Under the pieces are notes generated by a model. It ran no database searches. It saw only the letters and a program-made list of their open reading frames with translations, and was not told where the DNA came from. A DNA stretch of 64,000 nt from a virus. Taxonomy: Duplodnaviria > Caudoviricetes. The number at the start of each line of letters is the position of its first letter. The first letter of the stretch is position 1. Shown here in pieces: positions 1 to 10,250 of this stretch. The stretch is taken from IMG/VR virus record IMGVR_UViG_2663763243_000008, positions 15,814-79,813 of that record; one strand, given 5' to 3'. The position numbers and the translations under genes were made by a program.

Positions 1-39
1 AACTGTCCAGGCGAGTGGAGCGGTGTTGAAGATTGACAT
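1..39 (-). CDS. Start of LysB-like spanin (MSIFNTAPLAWTV..., truncated by window edge)
   Basis: ATG at 39 just after the endolysin stop, hydrophobic start; P2 synteny. Confidence 0.55.
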   Translation of the reverse strand, partial: MSIFNTAPLAWTV

Positions 40-43
40 GGTG

Positions 44-439
44 TTAGCCCGGATATTGACGGGCGGACAATTGAAAATGCGGGCCGTCTTTAAAGGTGGT
101 CCAGTTACCGCCCCATTCCACGGCGATCCTCAGCTCAGCGGCGGCCTGTTTCATCGCATCAGCCATCGGATAAAAATACTTCCATTCCCAACTCACCTTG
201 CCATCGGGCAGCGGCACAATATCCACCGCATGACCGGTTAAATGGCGGCTGTTCAGGGTTCGGCTGGCTCCAGCATTAACCAGTTGGCGCTGGCGTTCCA
301 GTGTGCGAACACCTTCGATCACTTTAAAATCAATCGATGTCAGCTCCAGCGCGCGGCGCACCACCTTGACCAAATCAGGATGCACGCCGATCAAGTTACT
401 TTCGCTGGCCTTGCCGAAAATGAATTTATTGCTTGGCAT
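44..439 (-). CDS. Endolysin, M15 family L-Ala-D-Glu peptidase
   Basis: SRHLTGHAVDI and DGPHFQL motifs; likely start MPSNKF at 439. Confidence 0.9.
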   Translation of the reverse strand: MPSNKFIFGKASESNLIGVHPDLVKVVRRALELTSIDFKVIEGVRTLERQRQLVNAGASRTLNSRHLTGHAVDIVPLPDGKVSWEWKYFYPMADAMKQAAAELRIAVEWGGNWTTFKDGPHFQLSARQYPG

Positions 440-812
440 CAGAGGTTCCCGCCTTTTTGTTAACAATTTTAAATACCAGCTCACGAATGGTCTGCAAGCC
501 AATCAGCCCGATAAGGCAACTGACAAATATTTCCACTTTCCCGGCCGCAACTTCGGTTAATGCGCCATTGAGCCAGGGAATCGCATCAATCAGATGGATC
601 AGCATCGGGGAGATAACCGGGCCGATATTGACGCCGACCAGCCCACACACCACCCCCTCACCAATGCCCTCACGCAACTTACCGCCGCCCCACACTACGC
701 GGCGAAACGCCACAATAAAGGCGACCAGAAAGCCGTTTATCACGGTTGAATGGGTAGAATAAAAGGCCAGCGCCACCCCCACCCAACTTGGATCTTTTTC
801 TGGCATTTTCAT
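426..812 (-). CDS. Holin, lambda S-like with M-K-M dual start
   Basis: MKMPEKDPSW start, three hydrophobic segments, basic C-terminus, upstream of endolysin. Confidence 0.85.
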   Translation of the reverse strand: MKMPEKDPSWVGVALAFYSTHSTVINGFLVAFIVAFRRVVWGGGKLREGIGEGVVCGLVGVNIGPVISPMLIHLIDAIPWLNGALTEVAAGKVEIFVSCLIGLIGLQTIRELVFKIVNKKAGTSDAKQ

Positions 813-842
813 GTCCGTTACCCCCTGTGGGGAATTGTGCAA

Positions 843-1046
843 TCAGTCCCAAAGCTGCAGGGTTTGCGTGGTGACAGCGGCGCTGACTTCCGGCATTTCC
901 ACCGGGTAACCGTGTGGTAAAACTGGCCCGATATCCGCTAACCCCGGATTAGCCGCCAACACTTTTTCAGTCACGCCCTCAGTGCGGCCGTAGTAGCGCC
1001 AACACATGGCATCAACGGTGTCGTACTGCTGGGCCAGAATGCGCAT
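843..1046 (-). CDS. X: P2 gpX-like tail protein
   Basis: DTVDAMCWRYYGRT...ANPGLADIGPVLPHG...LWD is typical of gpX. Confidence 0.9.
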   Translation of the reverse strand: MRILAQQYDTVDAMCWRYYGRTEGVTEKVLAANPGLADIGPVLPHGYPVEMPEVSAAVTTQTLQLWD

Positions 1047-1537
1047 TAAATCAGCTCCACCGTCATGCGGTTGATGGCCTGAATATCGTTAATCGCCCAG
1101 GCCGCATCACGGCGCAGATTATCAATGGTGGGTTCCAGTGAATCGGCCCGCTTGCCGCCCGCGCCAGTGGTATCAAAGCCACGAAAACGATCAGTTAAAC
1201 GGGCTTGCATCAGGCAAAACACCGCCGTGCGGTACAACTGAATACGGGTACTTTCCTCATTCAGTTTTTCCGCTGGTACCTCCGCCGCTGACCGATAACC
1301 CTGTTTTTGCTGGGTTAAGCGCCAGACTGTCAGCCGATCATTCACTTCATTGATGGCAAACAGCGCCGCCTCGATAACGCGCGGCTGGGTGATGGTGCCG
1401 TCCTGCCGTGACTCTTCGCGGTACTGATTCAGGTCGATATCCGGCCAGAAACCGTCATTTTTAATGACCGTGTTTTCCGCGGGTTCCACCGGTACTGGCG
1501 CTTCTGGTGTCTGATCGGTGTTGATGAAGATTTCCAT
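1046..1537 (-). CDS. L: P2 gpL head completion/stabilisation protein
   Basis: IKNDGFWPDIDL motif, C-terminal TVELI; synteny. Confidence 0.9.
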   Translation of the reverse strand: MEIFINTDQTPEAPVPVEPAENTVIKNDGFWPDIDLNQYREESRQDGTITQPRVIEAALFAINEVNDRLTVWRLTQQKQGYRSAAEVPAEKLNEESTRIQLYRTAVFCLMQARLTDRFRGFDTTGAGGKRADSLEPTIDNLRRDAAWAINDIQAINRMTVELI

Positions 1538-1635
1538 GCTGACACTCGCAAAATAAACGGGCGGTGGACACTGGCTTTATCAGAGTGAAAAAACAGCCTA
1601 ATTAGCCAGCGTGCCGCCCTCGCCGGGGCGTAAGG

Positions 1636-2292
1636 TTATGAGGCTGCTTTAATCAGCTTCTCAAGATTCTTGATATCGGTTTTCACACCGCTGTTATCGT
1701 CCAGTTGCAGCGCCGTTTTCAGGTTTGCCAGTGCGAGAACGTGGTCGCCGTCCTGACGCAGGGCATAACCGACAAACTTATGCAGCCGGGCGCAAACCAT
1801 ATCCGGCATATCCTGACCGGTGAGAATTTGCTGGGCGCGTAATAGCTGCGGAGTATCGAGCGGTTTTTGGTCGGTCAAAGTGCGCTGCGCAATAGCGGCG
1901 ACCTCTTCGGCAATCAGGCACGCGGTGGTGCGCTTAAAGCTATCCGGCGTCACCAAATCATGCTTGATGGCATACTCCGCAATATCCAGAGCGCGGGTGA
2001 TATCACCCACATCCAGATGCCAAATCAACATACGCATCAGAATGTCGTCCTGTTCGCCGCTATCTTTCGCCAGCACACCCGCCACCCACGGCTGGTAAGT
2101 GGGCAACATGCCTTGTTTAACTTCGGCTTTGCGGGCGATCGACTCAATACGGCCCAATTGGGCCATATCCTGTTGCAGCTTGAACAACAACAGCTCGTAG
2201 TTGCTGGCGTGGCTCAAGTTTGCCGCCTCGCTCAGTGAATCCGATTGCTGGGCCGCCACAAACAGCCGATGGCGGCGAACGGGGTTACTCAT
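1636..2292 (-). CDS. M: P2 gpM terminase small (endonuclease) subunit
   Basis: QDDILMRMLIWHLDVGD, DMPDMVCARLHK, GVKTDI motifs. Confidence 0.9.
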   Translation of the reverse strand: MSNPVRRHRLFVAAQQSDSLSEAANLSHASNYELLLFKLQQDMAQLGRIESIARKAEVKQGMLPTYQPWVAGVLAKDSGEQDDILMRMLIWHLDVGDITRALDIAEYAIKHDLVTPDSFKRTTACLIAEEVAAIAQRTLTDQKPLDTPQLLRAQQILTGQDMPDMVCARLHKFVGYALRQDGDHVLALANLKTALQLDDNSGVKTDIKNLEKLIKAAS

Positions 2293-2298
2293 AATGAA

Positions 2299-3354
2299 TT
2301 AGCCCCCAGCCGGAACGGAGAAATCACCGAATTCAATGTTTTCAATCAGGGCTACGCCGTCGAAATCTTCAACCACATAGGCTTCATTGACTGACTCATA
2401 GTTTTCAATGCGATCCCGTTTTGGATTGTCGATAATGTGGCGGCGGCGAGTGCCGTCTTGCCAGTAGATAGACAGGTTATCTAAACGAGTGATCATGATG
2501 GCATTAGCCGGGAATGAGGGCGCACGAACTGCGGGCAAACCGCCAACACGCTTTTGGCTGATAATTAAATCGGCGGCCAGCGCTTCGCTGTTCGGCTGTT
2601 CCTGATTAACGATCGGGAAGTATTTATCCGCCAGTAACTGACGGCCAACAATCACCACCAGTTCGGTATCTTCCTGGAACCACGGTTGAATCAGTTCATC
2701 GGTGGCGGCCATCACCAGCGCATCCAGATTATGGAAGTCACCCCCTTTGCCGATGCGGATTTTTGCAGAGATCACATCACCTTGCTCATCAACCACTTTA
2801 TCCATCACCTGACCTGGCGCATCATCACGAATGCTTTGCAGCCAGCCACGGTTAACATCTTGCAGTAACTTATTGACGCTACCGTCAGAGGTTTTTGCGC
2901 GGTGAGTACCGTTAAAACCGATCATGATGCGATCCAGCGCCTGGCGTTTCACAATCGCATCACGGATGCGGATTTGAAAATCAGGGAATTTAGCCCACAT
3001 ATCCAATTTGATATAAGCCAGCGCGGTATCAAAGTTGGTCTGGGTACAGTTATATTTTGTCCCATCCAGACCGCTGGGATCGGAGGCTTCACGTTCTTGC
3101 TTCGAGGTGTCGGTGGTGCTGGCAATCGGGCGATCAATACTTAAGCCAACCTTTTCACCCTCTTTCTCATCCACTGGATAAATGTTGATTTTTGACAGAA
3201 AAACGCTGCTTTCCTGTTGTTTAGTTTCCAGTTTTTGCGCAATGGACGGCTCAACGGTGAATTTGGTGTTGATGTCATCGGCTTTTTCCAAACCGTTCAG
3301 GCTGGCAACCTGCTGGCGGTATTGGTTGTACTTTTGTCGGGTGACTTTTTTCAT
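2299..3354 (-). CDS. N: P2 gpN major capsid protein
   Basis: FTVEPSIAQKLE, ALDRIMIGFNG, LLQDVNRGWLQ, YESVNEAYVVED. Confidence 0.95.
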   Translation of the reverse strand: MKKVTRQKYNQYRQQVASLNGLEKADDINTKFTVEPSIAQKLETKQQESSVFLSKINIYPVDEKEGEKVGLSIDRPIASTTDTSKQEREASDPSGLDGTKYNCTQTNFDTALAYIKLDMWAKFPDFQIRIRDAIVKRQALDRIMIGFNGTHRAKTSDGSVNKLLQDVNRGWLQSIRDDAPGQVMDKVVDEQGDVISAKIRIGKGGDFHNLDALVMAATDELIQPWFQEDTELVVIVGRQLLADKYFPIVNQEQPNSEALAADLIISQKRVGGLPAVRAPSFPANAIMITRLDNLSIYWQDGTRRRHIIDNPKRDRIENYESVNEAYVVEDFDGVALIENIEFGDFSVPAGG

Positions 3355-3390
3355 GTGAAATTAAATCCTTAACATGGCAAGCGAAGTGAA

Positions 3391-4203
3391 TTAGCAGTCA
3401 GTCAACAGGGCACTGTCGCTGCCAGTTGAGCGCTCGCGCTGGGAAAAATTACGGTCTGTTTTACTGAGCGTGGTTTTCAACTCAGCAAGTTCTTGTTTGG
3501 TCGCATCGTTGGCGGTCTTTAGCTCAGAAAACCGCTGTTCCAGCGCAGTAAGGGCGGTAAATTTCCCCTCAACCTGCTGAGCCACCAACTCAACCGCCTG
3601 ATGCACATCGCTAAAACGGGCGTCATCACCGGTTTGCTTTTTGGTGAACATGGTTTTAATGGTGGTAAGCAGGTTGGTTTTCGATTCCTGCCCGGCTTCA
3701 AATTCCAGATTGATTTCGGTGGCTTCGGTAAAAATGGCGTCAGACTGACTTTTGCGTGATGCCAGCGGGCTATGTTCGCTTTGCGAACAGAATGTCAGCA
3801 TTTCAGCGCCTAATGAGGCAGGAGTGTCAGTAAAACCAATGCCGGTCAAATAGGCTTTGCCGGTATCCGCGAACTTCTCAATATACTCAATGCTGGAATA
3901 GACCTTTTGCCGCGCCTGACGCAGTTTCACCAAATCGTCAGTGGCATCCACCTGGACAAGCAGCGCTAATTTGCCTTTCAGTGGCCCGTCACTGATTTCT
4001 TCATATTTGGCCGCCGTGATATCGCCATAGGCGCGGAACTGGCTATCAGGTAAAACGCTCTTGATATGCTCCAGATTGGCACGCGAGCCACGAAATGCCG
4101 GGTTGTAGCTTTCGGCCATTTCAATAATGTGGGCGCGGGGAACATGGCGGCCATCACTGGTAGCTCCCTCCACCACGGCACGGAAAAACTTAGATATTGG
4201 CAT
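3391..4203 (-). CDS. O: P2 gpO capsid scaffolding protein/protease
   Basis: SKFFRAVVEGATSDGR, TDTPASLG; real start at MPISK (4203). Confidence 0.92.
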   Translation of the reverse strand: MPISKFFRAVVEGATSDGRHVPRAHIIEMAESYNPAFRGSRANLEHIKSVLPDSQFRAYGDITAAKYEEISDGPLKGKLALLVQVDATDDLVKLRQARQKVYSSIEYIEKFADTGKAYLTGIGFTDTPASLGAEMLTFCSQSEHSPLASRKSQSDAIFTEATEINLEFEAGQESKTNLLTTIKTMFTKKQTGDDARFSDVHQAVELVAQQVEGKFTALTALEQRFSELKTANDATKQELAELKTTLSKTDRNFSQRERSTGSDSALLTDC

Positions 4204-4279
4204 GTGATTGATTCCGGTCTGATTCGATAGTAGTGACCTATGTTGGCGACCGGCGACCAACGGAACAATCAGGCGCTGT

Positions 4280-4297
4280 TGTGCTATGGCTGGCACA
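4280..4297. promoter_or_regulatory. Putative Ogr/Delta late-activator site (TGT-N12-ACA) between divergent O and P
   Basis: TGTgctatggctggcACA in the O/P divergent promoter region. Confidence 0.55.
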
Positions 4298-4371
4298 AAG
4301 CGTAATGCGGGATGGGGGAGGTGCGGATAGGTAGCCTTGCTGCAATTAAGCAATAAAACAGGCTATTTCAC

Positions 4372-6135
4372 ATGGAAAGCGTTCTTATCAATGCCGATTT
4401 AGACCCCCGCCGTCAAGCCATGTACCTCTATTGGCAAGGGCTGCGCATCGCCCGAATTGCGGAAATGATCGGTGAGAAAGCGGTCACGGTACACAGTTGG
4501 AAGCGCCGCGACAAGTGGGACGCCTACGGGCCACTGGATCAGATGCAACTGACCACGGCAGCGGAATATTGCCGCCTGATCATGAAACCTGTCAAGGAGG
4601 CCAAAGATTACAAAGAGATTGATCTGCTGGGCCGACAAGCCGAACGCCACGCCCGCATTGGTAAATACAATGATGGCGGCAATGAGGCCGATCTCAATCC
4701 CAATATTGAGAAGCGCAACAGCGGAACGCGCAAGGCTGCGCAGAAAAATGTATTCAGTGAGGCGCAGGTTGCCAAGCTGAAAGATATTTTCAATGAATCC
4801 ATGTTCGACTATCAACGTAACTGGTATGAAGCCGGTTTATCGCCTGATTTCCGTATTCGTAACTTGTTAAAATCTCGTCAGGTTGGCGCAACTTATTTCT
4901 TTTCTTGGGAAGCGCTGCTTGATGCGCTCGACACTGGCCGCAATCAGATGTTTGTGTCTGCCTCAAAAGCACAGGCGCACCAGTTTAAAAACTACATTGT
5001 CGCGGCTGCGCGCCAGGTGGATGTTGATTTGCGCGGTGAGGTAATTATTTTGCCTAATGGCGCGGAAATGCACTTTCTCGGTACCAACGCCAGTACCGCA
5101 CAGGGCCGCCCCGGCAATCTCTATCTGGATGAATATTTCTGGATACCTGGCTTTCAGAAGTTACGCCGCGCCGCATCCGGCATGGCCTCACAAAAAAGAT
5201 ACCGTTCTACCTATTTTTCTACGCCGTCCAGCACCTCGCATGAGGCTTACCCGTTCTGGGCTGGCACGCTGTTTAACAAAGGCAAAGCCAAAGATAAACG
5301 CATTGAAATTGATGTCAGTTATCCACGGCTGGCGGCTGGCCGGTTGTGTGAGGATAAGCAGTACCGCCAGATTGTCACCATTGAGGATGCGCTGAAAGGT
5401 GGCTGCGACCTGTTTGATATTGATGAATTACGCAATGAAAACAGCGAGGAAGATTTCGAAAACCTGTTTATGTGCGGCTTTATTGACGATAACGCCTCCA
5501 CATTCAAATTGGCCGAAATGCAGCGCTGTATGGTCGATAGCTGGGAAAAATGGACAGACGTCAAACTGCTGGCGCTGCGCCCCTTTGGTGATCGTCCAGT
5601 GTGGATTGGCTACGACCCCGCCAGCACCGGCGATAGCGCCGGTTGTGCGGTGATTGCGCCGCCGGTAGTGGCGGGCGGTAAATTCAGGGTATTGGAGCGC
5701 CACCAGTGGAAAGGCATGGATTTTGCCGACCAGGCCAGCAATATCAAAAAAATTACTGAACGCTATAACGTCACTTATATCGGCATTGATGATACCGGTC
5801 TGGGCCGTTCCGTGACGCAATTAGTGCGGCAATTCTTCCCGGCGGTGAACGCCATTCACTACAGCTTAGAGATGAAAGCTGACCTGATTTATAAGGCCAA
5901 AAATATTATTCAGGGCGGCCGTCTGGAGTTTGACGCGGGCTGCATTGATATCGCTACCGCGTTTATGTCGATCCGCAAAACCATGACCGCCACCGGCCGC
6001 AATGCCACTTTTGTCACTGACCGCTCCAAAGACGTCAGTCACGGCGATGTGGCCTGGGCCATTATGCACGCCTTATTCCATGAGCCTCTTGAGGGCATTA
6101 ACAGCAATAACACCAGTGTGATGGAGATATATTAA
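4372..6135 (+). CDS. P: P2 gpP terminase ATPase subunit
   Basis: RNLLKSRQVGAT Walker A-like, LYLDEYFW Walker B, GYDPA nuclease, SHGDVAWA. Confidence 0.95.
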   Translation: MESVLINADLDPRRQAMYLYWQGLRIARIAEMIGEKAVTVHSWKRRDKWDAYGPLDQMQLTTAAEYCRLIMKPVKEAKDYKEIDLLGRQAERHARIGKYNDGGNEADLNPNIEKRNSGTRKAAQKNVFSEAQVAKLKDIFNESMFDYQRNWYEAGLSPDFRIRNLLKSRQVGATYFFSWEALLDALDTGRNQMFVSASKAQAHQFKNYIVAAARQVDVDLRGEVIILPNGAEMHFLGTNASTAQGRPGNLYLDEYFWIPGFQKLRRAASGMASQKRYRSTYFSTPSSTSHEAYPFWAGTLFNKGKAKDKRIEIDVSYPRLAAGRLCEDKQYRQIVTIEDALKGGCDLFDIDELRNENSEEDFENLFMCGFIDDNASTFKLAEMQRCMVDSWEKWTDVKLLALRPFGDRPVWIGYDPASTGDSAGCAVIAPPVVAGGKFRVLERHQWKGMDFADQASNIKKITERYNVTYIGIDDTGLGRSVTQLVRQFFPAVNAIHYSLEMKADLIYKAKNIIQGGRLEFDAGCIDIATAFMSIRKTMTATGRNATFVTDRSKDVSHGDVAWAIMHALFHEPLEGINSNNTSVMEIY

Positions 6136-7175
6136 TGAGTAAACGCAACAGGAAAAGCCGCTCGGCCAAGGTGACAACAGCTATGGCGAGCAATAGCACC
6201 CCACAAGCCGAGGCGTTTACGTTTGACGACCCAACCCCGATGATGGATCAGCGCGATATTCTGGATTATCTGGAATGTGCAGTAATGGATCGCTGGTATG
6301 AGCCGCCGGTATCGTTCAATGGTCTGGCTAAGTCCTTTCGGGCGGCAGTGCATCATAGCTCACCTATCTATATGAAACGTAATGTACTGGTTAGCCTGTT
6401 TGAGCCGCATCGGCTGCTATCCAAGCAGGATTTTAGCCGTTATGCGCTGGATTTTTTGGTGTTCGCCAACTCATTTTTAGAGGCCCGCTATAACCGGCTG
6501 GGCGGCATCATGAAACTGGTTCCCAGCCCAGCAAAATATACCCGCCGAGGTGTGGAGTCGGATACCTATTGGTATGTCTCATCCTATGCCAATCCACACC
6601 CCTTTGAAGCCAACAGCGTTTTTCACCTGCTAGACCCGGACATTAATCAGGAGATGTACGGCGTTCCTGAATATCTCGCCTCGCTAAATTCGACCTGGCT
6701 TAATGAAGCCGCCACGCTATTTCGCCGCAAATATTACCTGAATGGCAGTCACGCCGGATTTATTCTGTATATGAACGATGCCGCCCATAAACAGGAGGAT
6801 ATTGACGCCTTACGCAAGGCGCTGAAAGAGTCCAAAGGGCCAGGCAATTTCCGTAATCTGTTTATGTATGCTCCAGCCGGTAAAAAGGACGGCATACAGG
6901 TGATCCCATTAGCAGAAGTGGCGGCGAAAGATGAGTTCGCCAGTATTAAGAATGTCACCCGCGACGACCAGCTCGCTATGCAACGGGTACCGCCGCAACT
7001 GATGGGCATTTTACCCAACAACACTGGCGGTTTTGGTGATGTAGAGAAAGCTGCGCGGGTGTTTGCTATTAACGAACTGGCCCCCTTGCAAGAGCGCCTG
7101 ATGGAAATTAATGACTGGGTTGGGGAGGAAGTGGTGAGGTTCCGCCCCTATGATTTATTGGTTTCTGCGGGCTAA
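6135..7175 (+). CDS. Q: P2 gpQ portal protein
   Basis: WYEPPVSFNGLAK, YGVPEYL, FRRKYYLNGSHAG, GGFGDVEKA. Confidence 0.95.
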   Translation: MSKRNRKSRSAKVTTAMASNSTPQAEAFTFDDPTPMMDQRDILDYLECAVMDRWYEPPVSFNGLAKSFRAAVHHSSPIYMKRNVLVSLFEPHRLLSKQDFSRYALDFLVFANSFLEARYNRLGGIMKLVPSPAKYTRRGVESDTYWYVSSYANPHPFEANSVFHLLDPDINQEMYGVPEYLASLNSTWLNEAATLFRRKYYLNGSHAGFILYMNDAAHKQEDIDALRKALKESKGPGNFRNLFMYAPAGKKDGIQVIPLAEVAAKDEFASIKNVTRDDQLAMQRVPPQLMGILPNNTGGFGDVEKAARVFAINELAPLQERLMEINDWVGEEVVRFRPYDLLVSAG

Positions 7176-7871
7176 CTAGTTCGGGGATGTTTCAGCGCTA
7201 TCTAGCTCTGTGCTGATAGGTGATTCATTCTCGATAGGGCTGTGAAGTTCATTGGGCTGGTTGTTGAAGTATTCGATGAATTTTTCAGCTATATTAATGC
7301 TGTTCCAAATAGATAAACTGCGAAATGCAATCGCAAGAAAGAGAAGTGATAAAAACACCCAAAGTATAATGCTTCCACTTTCATTAATTAAAGTTAAGTT
7401 TGAGTAAGAAACATCTGCATTGGCTATTATTTTATTTTTGGTTATGAATGTGTAAGCAGTGACAAGTACAGAACAACTAATTAGATATAAAACAACATAA
7501 CTTGTTTTTTGGAATATCCTCTCTCTTTTAGATTCAAAACCCTTTGCATATACGGCGAAATTTTCATTGATTATATGGCAAGTTTTTAAATAACACCGTG
7601 CACTTTCAAAAAACGAGACAGATCTTGATGGATGTTGTGAGTTGAGTAATGAACAAATTTCATTAAATGTGACACCTTGCGCTCTTGTTAACCAGAAAAA
7701 CAGTTTTTCAACCAGATATTTATTACATGGTTTTTTTTCATACTCAGAAATTAATTCGATGTCCAATTTGTATTTATCTTTCCACACTGTGTGTCGATAA
7801 ACAACAAAAGGTACAATAGTTCCTACAAGTACACCTAAAAGTGAAAAGAGTATTGATGCCATTTGCAACAT
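7176..7871 (-). CDS. AT-rich membrane protein (about 3 TM), moron between portal and cos
   Basis: Three hydrophobic segments; likely start MLQMAS at 7871; own promoter. Confidence 0.7.
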   Translation of the reverse strand: MLQMASILFSLLGVLVGTIVPFVVYRHTVWKDKYKLDIELISEYEKKPCNKYLVEKLFFWLTRAQGVTFNEICSLLNSQHPSRSVSFFESARCYLKTCHIINENFAVYAKGFESKRERIFQKTSYVVLYLISCSVLVTAYTFITKNKIIANADVSYSNLTLINESGSIILWVFLSLLFLAIAFRSLSIWNSINIAEKFIEYFNNQPNELHSPIENESPISTELDSAETSPN

Positions 7872-7902
7872 TCCTTTTAAAATAATAATTGCCCAACATT
7901 TT

Positions 7903-7931
7903 ATACTAAGTGTTCCCGAACGGCCTGTCAC
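7903..7931 (-). promoter_or_regulatory. Putative sigma70 promoter (GTGACA-17-TAGTAT) for the membrane moron
   Basis: Minus strand -35 at 7926-7931, -10 at 7903-7908, 17-bp spacer. Confidence 0.5.
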
Positions 7932-7998
7932 ATCCCACGGATTTTACTTTCTGTGACATGTCACAAGGCTCTTGATTTTGTTTCTGTGCCATGTCACG
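7926..7998. repeat. Three TGTCAC(A/G) sites at 33-bp spacing, including perfect palindrome TGTGACATGTCACA (7952-7965)
   Basis: Half sites end at 7932, 7965 and 7998; 7985-7998 is TGTGCCATGTCACG. Confidence 0.85.
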
Positions 7999-8169
7999 AT
8001 TTTAAAAGAGCAAGCCGCAACGGCCACCTCGAAAGTCTGTGATAATTGCTCGAATTGTTTAGTAAACTTACTACCACAACCCTGCAAGTTCAAAGCGCAA
8101 CAATCCGCATTATTCTATTCACCCCCCAATCATTATCTAAGCCGCGCCAACACTGGGTTTTAAGCCTCT

Positions 8170-8232
8170 TTCTAGCTGCATAAAAACTGAATATTTAGTC
8201 ATACAAAGCGCGGGTGGGGGGAGCGCGCGGAA
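8170..8232. other. Putative cos region of the P2-like prophage
   Basis: CTGCATAAAAA...AAAGCGCGGGTGGGGGGAGCGCGC, loosely like the P2 cos context; lies between portal and hotspot. Confidence 0.4.
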
Positions 8233-8564
8233 AGAGGTGTGAGCGGTGCTTTAATCCTCCTCATATATGCCCGAACCCTCCCCTGAATGCATGTACGCCA
8301 CTCTGTTCTTTTAGCTCGAAATGATTAGTGAGACGAAAATAAAAAAAACACTTCTATGTGTGGGGGATTTGGAGGGGAAATCGAATGGTTTTTTTGTTCT
8401 ACCCAAATCTGACTGTCGTCTTTGTGCTGAAGCTGACTCTTTCTAGTTCACGTGATAATGTCAGACAGCACAACTCATATAAGGATTACCAGTGAACATT
8501 AAATACAAGCTCACTGGCTGTTTTGCTAATGGAGCAAAGTCAGAAAATTACAATGAACATTCCT

Positions 8565-10250
8565 TCATTTTTGTAAATGATACCAAAGAGCAGGAGGAAC
8601 TGGTGTTCTGAAATGTCGACAAGCTATAAAATCCAGAACTGTTAAACCAGCCTTTCCTGCACTTGATTCGGTGAAAAAATTATACCTATCCATTTCTTTC
8701 AACTCATCCATTCTTGCTTGATAATCATTCATACTATCTGGGAATGTGATTGGAGCTTCTGTTTCACCTAAGACATATTGTGCTTGGTGAAAATATAGAT
8801 GATGATAAAGATCATTAGTAGGGTGCCATAGTTGGGCGCACATCTTCGGATAAAATTCTTTTATTCCTTTCAGTAGTACATTATATCCATTTTCTTTTTT
8901 AAGGATGACTGCCCACCCCATTAAAGTAGGTATTATCCAAGATGTACTTGTTGTCTTTTCTATCAAATACTTGTCGTTATTATTGCAATCTAAACAGATG
9001 AGATCATCAAGTGAGTCTGTTGATATAGGGTGATTTCGGCCAACTCTAAAAACAAAATCGAGTCTTGTAATCAATGTCTTGAACCAGTCTTCAGCTTTGT
9101 CCATTTTTTCTGTAAGGTATAAAAGCATAAAGGCTAGCGTAATATCAATTGCATTTTCATCGAGCCGAGGGGAGCCTGAGGCAGGATTATTACTGATAAG
9201 CGAGCATAAGCTTTCAGCAACAATTTGAGCATTGCTAAATCTGGTTACTTGTTCTTCCCCTCCGGATTGTAGAGCGGTGATATAATTGTTTAGTCCAATG
9301 GTAGAAAGTATACCTATTTGTTCAAATATGGTTAGATTAATTAATGCACTTTCGGAAGAGTATGATGATAGAAGATATTTCTCATGAAAATATGGCTGAA
9401 GTTTTGAAAAGTATTCATTTGAGACATTAAGATAGCTCTGCCATAAAATTTCAATAGCTGGAAAATATCGATGTGGCTTTTTTTCGAGATTAATACGATG
9501 CCATACCCATAGTAAACATCGTTCCGATACATAAAGTGCTTGTTTGGTATTTCCATCTTGGATTGCCCAGTATGCCAGAATGTTGGTAGCGAGATAACAA
9601 GTTCGGATTGACTTTTCTAGATCAGAACTCTTTATTTCTCTAGTTTTTCTTCCTTTAATATCAAGTTGCAGTGTTCGAAGTAATAAACGATGAAAATCCT
9701 CTCTTGAATAATCATTCTCACAAATTAATGATAATGACTTTCTTAAGTCAGTTCTGTCGTCGTCATTGAATATATGCTCATTTAGCATGTACCCTTCAAT
9801 AAGGGTTGCTAATTTTGCAGCGCCCCAGAAATCAAACGCATAAGGCTTATGGTCTTCAATATAACCTGACCAGCTTTGGCTCAACTCTTCTTTCATGTCA
9901 CCACTGGTAGATAGTATGATCTTTTTAGGTAGTTTTTTATGCTCTGGCAATAAGTGATTCTTGATATAAACGTCAAAAATTTCATTTAAACTCGGCCTAA
10001 TTGCATTTATCCCTGAATCCCATTCCACTCTGCCCAAATCTTTTTGTTTGATCACAAAGAGAAATATTTTCTTTACACCATCTTCTGGATCTTTGCCTAT
10101 TGCGGCAATATCCACACCGTACTGCCTAGTGCCAGTTTGTGTTGTAAACAAGGGGATAATATCCATTGATAGCAATAAACTGGGCAGCAGTCTGTCAAGT
10201 TCATTTCTTTCTTTTAATGTTTTAATATATTGAGAAATTAAGATCTTCAT
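8565..10250 (-). CDS. N-terminal PD-(D/E)xK/Mrr-like nuclease domain protein, candidate anti-phage effector
   Basis: ERNELD...GTRQYGVDIAA...LFVIKQ motif; ATGA overlap with upstream gene; AT-rich; P2 hotspot. Confidence 0.7.
   Translation of the reverse strand: MKILISQYIKTLKERNELDRLLPSLLLSMDIIPLFTTQTGTRQYGVDIAAIGKDPEDGVKKIFLFVIKQKDLGRVEWDSGINAIRPSLNEIFDVYIKNHLLPEHKKLPKKIILSTSGDMKEELSQSWSGYIEDHKPYAFDFWGAAKLATLIEGYMLNEHIFNDDDRTDLRKSLSLICENDYSREDFHRLLLRTLQLDIKGRKTREIKSSDLEKSIRTCYLATNILAYWAIQDGNTKQALYVSERCLLWVWHRINLEKKPHRYFPAIEILWQSYLNVSNEYFSKLQPYFHEKYLLSSYSSESALINLTIFEQIGILSTIGLNNYITALQSGGEEQVTRFSNAQIVAESLCSLISNNPASGSPRLDENAIDITLAFMLLYLTEKMDKAEDWFKTLITRLDFVFRVGRNHPISTDSLDDLICLDCNNNDKYLIEKTTSTSWIIPTLMGWAVILKKENGYNVLLKGIKEFYPKMCAQLWHPTNDLYHHLYFHQAQYVLGETEAPITFPDSMNDYQARMDELKEMDRYNFFTESSAGKAGLTVLDFIACRHFRTPVPPALWYHLQK

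Noticed and set aside
7952-7965. TGTGACATGTCACA as a CRP site or canonical matS
   Set aside because: CRP needs TGTGA-N6-TCACA (here N4) and matS has a 3-bp spacer (here 2); related but not identical
7926-7998. CRISPR array (also considered for 28821-28903 and 21308-21341)
   Set aside because: Repeats are too short and too few, with no unique spacers and no cas genes; better explained as binding sites, iterons and arm sites
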